64,000 bases of DNA. Source: Planctomycetota bacterium. Its GTDB lineage: Bacteria > Planctomycetota > UBA8108 > SXIK01. Where the stretch lies: NCBI GenBank assembly GCA_965223265.1, contig OZ244999.1:6240001-6304000 (forward strand), read 5' to 3'. Within the stretch, counting starts at the first letter, position 1. Each line of letters begins with the position of its first letter. The notes below the pieces were generated by a model. The model was not told the DNA's origin. It did no database searches and worked only from the letters and a program-made list of their open reading frames with translations. The translations under genes were made by a program, and so were the position numbers. Shown one piece after another: positions 57,262 through 64,000 of the stretch.

Positions 57262-59526
57262 TCACCACCGACGGGTCGTGTCGAGCGCGAAGCTATCCTT
57301 CACGGCTTCGAAGTCGTCGCGGAACTTCTTCGTCTCGCCTGGGTTGGCTAGACAACGGATCACCGCCACACCATCCAGCTGGACCAGAAAATAATCAACG
57401 AACTCCTGTTCGACCTCGACGTAGTTCTTTTTCTTGGTGCGCTTCTTCTTTCGTTTCTTGCGCTTCTTCGGCTTTGAGTCTGAATCACCTTCGGCGAGGA
57501 GGCGATTCTCCGCGGCTTTTCCGCTGGCAGCTTCCTTCTCCGAATCGGCCGCGTCCTCCGCCGGTTTGGGTTTCACGTAGAGAGGAAAGCGCACCGGCCG
57601 TGAGTATCGGATACGAAACCCATCAAGATTCCCCACCTTCGTCTCAACGAGCTTCACCTTCTTGTACTTCATGCGGCGGTAGTGATTAACCTGGACTTTG
57701 ATGAAGTCATCGGCGTCCGATTTCTTGTAGTTGTTGAAGAAATAGATGCGGATCTCGGCTTCGTAGTCCGGCAACGCCAAGCCCAAGAGCATACGTTCAT
57801 CCTCAGAGTCGGTGAAAAACGACCACCGCTCGCTTGGCCTCTTGAGCATGAATCGAAACGGTTCACTGATGTAGTAGTCGCCCATGATCTCGCCAGCCGG
57901 AGGCGGTTCGATCGACGAGATGTACTCCAGATAACCCTTCTCGAGTTCCTCAAGGCTGCCGAAATAGCGGTTCGCGAGCGCCACGAAGTCGCTCTTCTTC
58001 GGTCGACGCACCCGAGCGATATCCCAATAGGCACGCATAAGCTTTGTGCCCTTGCTGCCGGTGTTGACGAGGTAGTAGATCAGAGCCCACGAATCGGCAT
58101 AGTGGTCCCCCCGAAACTGCCGTCGCGAGAGCGAGACAAGCTTGCCGATCTTCTCGTGGCGCTTCTTGCGGATCTTCTCCTGAATCGTCGTCAACCGATC
58201 TCGAGGAATCTTGCCGATCGTGATCTTCTGTTTTTCTGCGTCGAAGCGTGCACCATCACCGAAGTAGACGGCGAGTCCCTCGATCAGCCACGAGGGTGCG
58301 CTCATCATGTTCTTCAGCACAAGATCTTGGTAGTAATGCGTCCCTTCATGAGCGAGCGTGCCGAAGGTCGTGCCGGTGAAACCGAACGTGCCGTGAAACG
58401 TCGCGATCATTGGTGGCTGAGACGAGTAAAAGCCACCGAGACCCCATCCCGCTTCCCACTGATCGATTCCTAGCGCCTCCATGAATTCTTCTTGAGTCTT
58501 GAAAATGAAGACGGGCGTCCTGGTGTTTCGCTTGATCGGACTCTTGAACATGTCAGCGAGCTTCGCGCGGATGAGTTCCATCATCCTCCCGTAGCGTTTC
58601 GTGAGTTTCATCGAAGCGTTACAGTGAATCTCAAAGTGCCGCGTCTGGTGAACGATCCGATCCTCCCATTCGACGCCATCGACGAAGTCATGGATCTCAC
58701 TCGCGGCCTCAGCGTTTTCGAGGCGCTTGGCGTGCATGTCGCTGATGCGTTTGAGGCGGATCTTCGAAACGGACTCGCCCTCGAGCGGCTTGTACGTTGC
58801 GAAGAGCTTCGGCTTGACCGCCGTCTTCCGTTTCTTCTTCGCCCGGCCTTCCTTCGAACTCTTTCGCTCGCGGGGGCGCAGCTTACCCTTGACGAGCTTC
58901 ATCTCTTTCAAATCGGCAAGAGAGAACCACGCGCCCTCGTAGTAGAGGACATCGCGCAGCTGCGCTCGCGACTTGCGGTCCGGATCGAGCTCGTCGAGCG
59001 CACGCAGGGCTCGGCGCCGTTCTGGCGTCCAGTTTTGCCCGCTCTTTTCTTCGCGTCGCCGGCAGACCGAGGCGATGCTACGCAGTACGTCGGCGTCCTC
59101 GTCTTCGATCGCGGTCTCGATGCGCCGGACGATCTCAACCACTTCATCACCGACATCGCGCTCAATCTCGTCGACTTCGTCGCGATCCTTGGTGCGCCGC
59201 CGCAGCCCCTCGAGGTAGACGACTTTTTCATCGGTGACTTCGATCAGTCGGCACCAGACCTTGTCGCCTTCGGCCAAAGAGACCAAGTCAGTCTTGAGCG
59301 GAGACTTTGACTTCTCGCTCTCTACGTGCCGCGGGAAAAAACCAAAGGCAGCAGCAGCCAGTACGGCCACGAGGACGCTACCAACACCGTAGATCCGCCT
59401 TCGCGCACGCAACGAAGGACCGTGAAAGCGCGTCGTGCCAGCGCTACCCATCGCCGTCACCTCCAATTTGTGTCGGGTGATCGGACCGCCGGTGGCCGGC
59501 TCAAGCAAGGCTCTGACCTGCGGCAA
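57262..59526 (-). CDS. Membrane-anchored DUF1570-like zinc-metallopeptidase-type protein
   Basis: N-terminal TM; TLAHEGTHYY...PSWLIEGLAVYF (HExxH...E), YADSWALIYYL; start uncertain. Confidence 0.75.
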   Translation of the reverse strand: MPQVRALLEPATGGPITRHKLEVTAMGSAGTTRFHGPSLRARRRIYGVGSVLVAVLAAAAFGFFPRHVESEKSKSPLKTDLVSLAEGDKVWCRLIEVTDEKVVYLEGLRRRTKDRDEVDEIERDVGDEVVEIVRRIETAIEDEDADVLRSIASVCRRREEKSGQNWTPERRRALRALDELDPDRKSRAQLRDVLYYEGAWFSLADLKEMKLVKGKLRPRERKSSKEGRAKKKRKTAVKPKLFATYKPLEGESVSKIRLKRISDMHAKRLENAEAASEIHDFVDGVEWEDRIVHQTRHFEIHCNASMKLTKRYGRMMELIRAKLADMFKSPIKRNTRTPVFIFKTQEEFMEALGIDQWEAGWGLGGFYSSQPPMIATFHGTFGFTGTTFGTLAHEGTHYYQDLVLKNMMSAPSWLIEGLAVYFGDGARFDAEKQKITIGKIPRDRLTTIQEKIRKKRHEKIGKLVSLSRRQFRGDHYADSWALIYYLVNTGSKGTKLMRAYWDIARVRRPKKSDFVALANRYFGSLEELEKGYLEYISSIEPPPAGEIMGDYYISEPFRFMLKRPSERWSFFTDSEDERMLLGLALPDYEAEIRIYFFNNYKKSDADDFIKVQVNHYRRMKYKKVKLVETKVGNLDGFRIRYSRPVRFPLYVKPKPAEDAADSEKEAASGKAAENRLLAEGDSDSKPKKRKKRKKKRTKKKNYVEVEQEFVDYFLVQLDGVAVIRCLANPGETKKFRDDFEAVKDSFALDTTRRW

Positions 59527-59767
59527 CGCTTGACCCGACGGTCCTTGCAGCTTACGCCAAGCGTCCGCCCCCAGTCTTGGCCCTTTCCTGTAGCGCGCAG
59601 CGGAAGCCGCGCGCCCTTCGAGGCCTCCTGGGAACCCCTATAATACGCGAAAACACGACGTCGACTCGCTAGTTTCTTGTCGGTTTCGGCAAGGATCGCG
59701 GCTCCCGGCGGCGCAGCTGGGCCCAATGCACGACCGCGAACCGCCGGGAACCTCGAACCTTCGGCGA

Positions 59768-61987
59768 TCAGGACTTACGCAGGTTGTACTTGTGGCCCTG
59801 CTTTTTGGTGATCGTGATCGACTCGATCTCGTCACCCGCTTTCAGCTCGTCGACGATATCGAGCCCCTCAGTCACCTGCCCGAACACCGTCAGACCCAGC
59901 GTGTCGTAGTACGGGATCGAGTCCAAACAGATGATGAACTGGCTACCAGCACTGTCGGGCTCGAAGCGCTGCTCTGCGGGCAAGAATCGCTGCACCATCG
60001 AAAGCATCCCGCGAGTGTGCTTCTTCGTACTCGGCTCGCTCGGAATCGTATAGCCCGGACCACCTTCGGCATCGTTCGTCGGACTTCCAAGCTGCAGAGC
60101 CAAAGCCTCGCCAGCTGCACCTTTCAGCAAGTGGAAGAACGTTTGCTTCCCGCTTCCAGCCGCATCCTTGTCGTAGAATCCGTCTTCCACGAGATTGACG
60201 AAATTCGCAACCGTGTTCCTCGCCTCACGCTCGAACAGCCGCACGGTGATGGTGCCCTTTGCGGTCTTGATGACCGCTTCCGGGTCGCCGCGTACCACTT
60301 CCGGAGCTTGGACTGCAGGCCCCTGGTCCGACGCGCCGTCGGCCGCTTTTCCGTCGCCGAGGTCGGTGACGATCGTGACGTGTTCGAAACGGGAGACGCG
60401 GATCACGTTGTCGAGAATGCTGAGATCGGAAACCACCTTACCGAACGGGACATGGACCTCATCCCACTCGGGGTGATCCTTCAGTGTAACGAAGAAGATA
60501 CTGCCGATCTGTCCCCCTCGAACGGGGCCCTTACGGACGCGGCGGCCAACGAAGGAAACCGTACCACGCTCGTGCTTCAGACCGGCATCGTTGCGCGCCG
60601 TCGGCAGGCTCATGTTGGGTACACCCGCCGCTGCTTGCGTCGGACTTCCCGCCATGAAGTAGTCGCCCTGCTGCAGATCGAAGAGGCCGAGACCATCGTA
60701 GAACCCGCTCAGCGCTAGAAAGACGAAGTGCTTGACCCCCACGGTCTGCTTCTGATCGAGCTCGATGATGATCGGGTCGATTAACCCGGTCACCTTGATC
60801 TTCGCGTAGTAAGTCTTGGTCGGATCGATGGTGTCGAAGACTGAGACCGAGAGCGGTTCGCTGCCAAAAGTTTTTCGCGGCGACAGGCCATCTTGTGTTC
60901 GATCAACTTGGATCGTCGCCCCTCGCGTCAGCCTCATTTTTAGCTGCGCGTACCCGGGAAAGTCCTTCGCCTTCGGAAAAGACGACTCCAGGTTGGAGAA
61001 GAACGTGTCGCGGTTCCATAGAACGTGATAGCGGCCGATCTCGATCCCCTGGAAGTAGTCGTTCAGGCTGACCTCGACGCCACTGATCGCAAATGGAGCC
61101 ACGGAGGAGAAGAACTCCGCGGGAGCACTGATGGAACTAAAATCGGCGGTCAGCGACTTTTGCGTGCCGACAGGTCGCATTTCCAATCCGAGTGGCAGGA
61201 GAGACGGATCGAACACGGTGATCGCTTCGCTGCCCGCGTTTTTGGAGTAGATGTTCAACTCGAGCGGCTGGTTGGTGCGAAAGTTGAGCTGCTCGGGACG
61301 CGCCGAGCGTCGCAGCTTCGCGAGCTCGAGCGTGACGATGACCTTCTCCTTTGGTCGCGTTGTGCGCGGTGGCGCAGGACGCTCAACTTTCGTTGCGGCG
61401 CCAGTCTCACCGCTCGTCGCTGTTGTGGCCGCGTTGGAATCTCCCGCCGGCTTGTTCGCGTTCGTGGCACCCTGAGGATGGTCATGGCCATGGTCATGGT
61501 CATGGTCATGGTCATGGTCACCATGAGGATGGTCATGGCCATGGTCATGACCCCCATGATCATGGTCATGGGGCTCGTTCGTCGGCACGAGCGTGTCCTC
61601 CCGGCCGCGCCGCTCCTGGACGAAAATCAGATGCCAGCCGTCCGGCGTCTTCACCGGCTCCGAAACCACGCCGACGTCAAGCCCCAAGGCCGCGGCCTTG
61701 AACGGCTCGTGAAACTGTGTCGTCGAACTCACCCATCCGAGGCTGCCACCGAGACGCTTCGTCACTGCGTCCTTCGAATACTTCCTACACGCGGCGGTGA
61801 ACGCCTTCCTGTCCCCACCGGCCTTGGTGATTTCGTCGCGGATCTGAGCTGCCTCCGCCTCCGTAGCCACGAGGATGTGTTTGACCCGCGACTGCTCCTG
61901 GGCCGGTGCAAGACGCGTCGACAAGAGTGAGACGAGGAGTGTGGCGCCGCCAAGCGCTAGACATCGAAAATGCATACTACGCCTCAT
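59768..61987 (-). CDS. Secreted multidomain peptidyl-prolyl isomerase (parvulin + His/Asp tract + two cyclophilin-like domains)
   Basis: Signal peptide; VKHILV...YSKD...GGSLGW...F..AA..L..G.VSEPVKTPDGWHLI; two cyclophilin folds (HERGTVS..GSIFFVTL..FGKVV; TVANF..HTRGMLSM..SAGSQFII..TVFGQVTEGLDIVD). Confidence 0.88.
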   Translation of the reverse strand: MRRSMHFRCLALGGATLLVSLLSTRLAPAQEQSRVKHILVATEAEAAQIRDEITKAGGDRKAFTAACRKYSKDAVTKRLGGSLGWVSSTTQFHEPFKAAALGLDVGVVSEPVKTPDGWHLIFVQERRGREDTLVPTNEPHDHDHGGHDHGHDHPHGDHDHDHDHDHGHDHPQGATNANKPAGDSNAATTATSGETGAATKVERPAPPRTTRPKEKVIVTLELAKLRRSARPEQLNFRTNQPLELNIYSKNAGSEAITVFDPSLLPLGLEMRPVGTQKSLTADFSSISAPAEFFSSVAPFAISGVEVSLNDYFQGIEIGRYHVLWNRDTFFSNLESSFPKAKDFPGYAQLKMRLTRGATIQVDRTQDGLSPRKTFGSEPLSVSVFDTIDPTKTYYAKIKVTGLIDPIIIELDQKQTVGVKHFVFLALSGFYDGLGLFDLQQGDYFMAGSPTQAAAGVPNMSLPTARNDAGLKHERGTVSFVGRRVRKGPVRGGQIGSIFFVTLKDHPEWDEVHVPFGKVVSDLSILDNVIRVSRFEHVTIVTDLGDGKAADGASDQGPAVQAPEVVRGDPEAVIKTAKGTITVRLFEREARNTVANFVNLVEDGFYDKDAAGSGKQTFFHLLKGAAGEALALQLGSPTNDAEGGPGYTIPSEPSTKKHTRGMLSMVQRFLPAEQRFEPDSAGSQFIICLDSIPYYDTLGLTVFGQVTEGLDIVDELKAGDEIESITITKKQGHKYNLRKS
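61478..61570. repeat. CATGGT/ATGGTC hexamer repeat encoding a His/Asp/Gly tract
   Basis: Visible microsatellite; the minus strand encodes HDHDHGGHDHGHDHPHGDHDHDHDHDHGHDH. Confidence 0.9.
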
Positions 61988-62164
61988 GAAATGAAGGTCA
62001 TGAAAGGGTGGGATGTTTCCAGGGAGAAGACGCCGGGCGACAGGTGGTTACGTTCCATGCCAGTCAGTGACATGCCAAGTGAGCCACGTGCCGCAGCCAA
62101 CACTTAACAGCCTGCCGGAGTCAACCAAGAGGTCCCCGCCAATGAAAGATGTCGGAACTGGCGC

Positions 62165-62180
62165 GAATTCTTAAGAATTC
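62165..62180. promoter_or_regulatory. Perfect 16-bp palindrome, possible operator
   Basis: GAATTCTTAAGAATTC in the region upstream of the PPIase gene. Confidence 0.4.
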
Positions 62181-62225
62181 TCCGGTCTTTCTTCCCAAGA
62201 GAACGCTAACACGCGCCGAACGAGA

Positions 62226-62234
62226 ATTATAGCA
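62226..62234 (-). promoter_or_regulatory. Extended -10 promoter element for the PPIase gene
   Basis: Minus strand TGCTATAAT (TGn-TATAAT). Confidence 0.55.
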
Positions 62235-62422
62235 AGATCGACAACCCTGTCTATCCCGGTTTGAGGCCGGCTCTTCCACGAGTTCACGCCCTCACGCTCG
62301 AGATGGGTGCGGCGATGGCGCACTCAGCCTCTCAAGCGCCCTGAATGCGCTCTAAGGATTGCGCCACGCCAAAGCGATCGGGGCGCTGCCGGACACGCCG
62401 GCGAACAGCGCAAGCGGGAGGC

Positions 62423-63943
62423 TCAGCGACCAAGACGTCGAACGAGGTCGACCGCCAGCCGCACACCGACTCCCGTGGCGCCGGCGGCAGCGTGGGACTG
62501 GTCCCGATCGGACCACGCCGTCCCCGCGATGTCGAGATGACACCATGGCATGTCGTCGACGAAGTGTGCCAAGAAAGCGCCCGCGGTCAGTGCACCGGCG
62601 TCTCGGCCACAGGAATTCCTCAAGTCGGCGACCTGACTGCGCGTGGTCTCCATGAACTCCTCGTCGAGCGGCATACGCCAGACTCGGTCACCGCTAGCGT
62701 CACCAGCAGCGAGAACCTGCGCCGCGAGATCATCGCTGTTCGACATCACTCCGGTGATCTGCGAGCCGAGCGCAACGACGATCGCACCCGTCAGCGTAGC
62801 GAAGTCGAGGACAGCGTCGGGACGAAAACGCTTGGCGTAGTGTAGCGCGTCAGCAAGTACGAGTCGCCCCTCCGCGTCCGTGTTGATCACTTCGACTGTT
62901 TTGCCGGAGGCAGACTTGAGTATATCGCCCGGCCGCATGGCCGCGGCTCCGGTGAGATTCTCGCTGGCGGGAATCAGCCCGACGACGCGCGTCGTCGCCG
63001 GGGCGAGATCGGCGATCGCTCGCAGAGCGCCGATCACCGTAGCACCGCCGCACATGTCGAACTTCATCTCCTCCATCCCCTTGGCTGGCTTGATGCAAAT
63101 GCCACCGGAGTCGAACGTGATCGCCTTACCCACGAGCACCACGGTCTTACGAGCCTTGCGACGAGGCTGATACCGCATCTCGATGAGGCGAGGTGGGCGA
63201 CGGCTACCCTGCGCGACACCGAGAATACACCCCATCTTGAGACGTTTCAGCTCGGCGGGTCCCAAAACCTTGACGGCGAGGCGATGCGAACGCCCGACGC
63301 GACGCGCCGCAGCGGCTAGGGCCTCAGGATGAAGATCGTTCGCAGGTGTGTTCGAGAGATCTCGAGAAAAGTTCACGGCGTCTCCCAGAGAAACACCGCG
63401 GCGGGCGGCGTCCTGGAGTCGCCGTGCTGCAGGCGCCCCAATGCGTCCCGTAAGCAGGGCGACTTCAGGCGTCGGCTTGCTCGGTCGCTCTGTCTTGTAA
63501 TCGTCGAAGGTGTATCCACCGTAGCGCCACCCGGCTGCGAGTTCGGCGCCGACGACGTCAGCTCCCCACGTATCGACCAAACTCGACAGAGCTTCGCTGT
63601 CGACGGCCATCGCCACCCGACGATGCCGGCTCTTAGCGAGACGTCGAGCCAATGTGGCCGTTTCGCGCCAGAGCGTCGCCGCGGTGAACTTCTCCCGATC
63701 GCCGAGTCCCCACAGCCACACAGCGCCCACTTTTCCAGCTTGCGGCGGGAAGATCGGCACGCCCTCGCCTTTGTCTCCCGCAAACGCACCAGACTTGAGC
63801 AGTCGCTTCACCGTCGCTGTGAAACCTCCGGCCGCTCCCCCGTCCTCCAACTGTGCGCCCGGAAACGGCAACGACTTCTTGCCCTTGAACACGGGAAGAA
63901 CAACGGTTGTCCCAGAAGCCGTCACGCCGCGACTGACCTTCAT
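62423..63943 (-). CDS. pepA: Leucyl aminopeptidase (M17)
   Basis: LVGKAITFDSGG, MKFDMCGG, NTDAEGRL, ATLTGA, HLDIAG; GAAGGAG RBS before ATG 63943. Confidence 0.95.
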   Translation of the reverse strand: MKVSRGVTASGTTVVLPVFKGKKSLPFPGAQLEDGGAAGGFTATVKRLLKSGAFAGDKGEGVPIFPPQAGKVGAVWLWGLGDREKFTAATLWRETATLARRLAKSRHRRVAMAVDSEALSSLVDTWGADVVGAELAAGWRYGGYTFDDYKTERPSKPTPEVALLTGRIGAPAARRLQDAARRGVSLGDAVNFSRDLSNTPANDLHPEALAAAARRVGRSHRLAVKVLGPAELKRLKMGCILGVAQGSRRPPRLIEMRYQPRRKARKTVVLVGKAITFDSGGICIKPAKGMEEMKFDMCGGATVIGALRAIADLAPATTRVVGLIPASENLTGAAAMRPGDILKSASGKTVEVINTDAEGRLVLADALHYAKRFRPDAVLDFATLTGAIVVALGSQITGVMSNSDDLAAQVLAAGDASGDRVWRMPLDEEFMETTRSQVADLRNSCGRDAGALTAGAFLAHFVDDMPWCHLDIAGTAWSDRDQSHAAAGATGVGVRLAVDLVRRLGR

Positions 63944-64000
63944 TGACATCTCCTTCACTCCTTTCTCTTCTCTCAGCGCTTCTCTCTTCCCGTCCAAGTC

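Noticed and set aside
61351-61701. Plus-strand His-Gly repeat ORF
   Set aside because: Antisense reading of the PPIase microsatellite

Overview
GC-rich bacterial chromosomal window, probably Planctomycetota (inferred from a DUF1570-like protein, carboxypeptidase-regulatory-like repeat proteins, LPS-core genes and the futalosine menaquinone pathway). Most genes are housekeeping: cdsA fragment, uppS, purA, carA, serS, queA, mdh, mqnA/mqnC, iscS/iscA, hisS, glpQ, pyk, moaD/moaE, nadE, lysC, pepA. The main discovery is a ~9.2 kb minus-strand operon (35028-44233) for a strongly diverged contractile injection system (eCIS-like). It encodes a cap, sheath, two tube proteins, chaperone, tube initiator, gp27-type hub, gp25, baseplate J and tail protein I. 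No spike, PAAR, AAA ATPase, fibre or effector is recognisable. It lies between an FHA/coiled-coil gene and a membrane PP2C phosphatase. A second highlight is a FixL-like heme-PAS kinase plus sigma54 activator with a readable target promoter for a CBS protein and a tandem USP; a 177-bp MITE sits between the putative enhancer and that promoter. Other oddities are a parvulin/His-tract/double-cyclophilin fusion, a BamE-like/beta-barrel fusion and an FGGY pseudo-kinase. All family assignments come from motif recognition by eye; no searches were run. No rRNA, tRNA or CRISPR array was seen.
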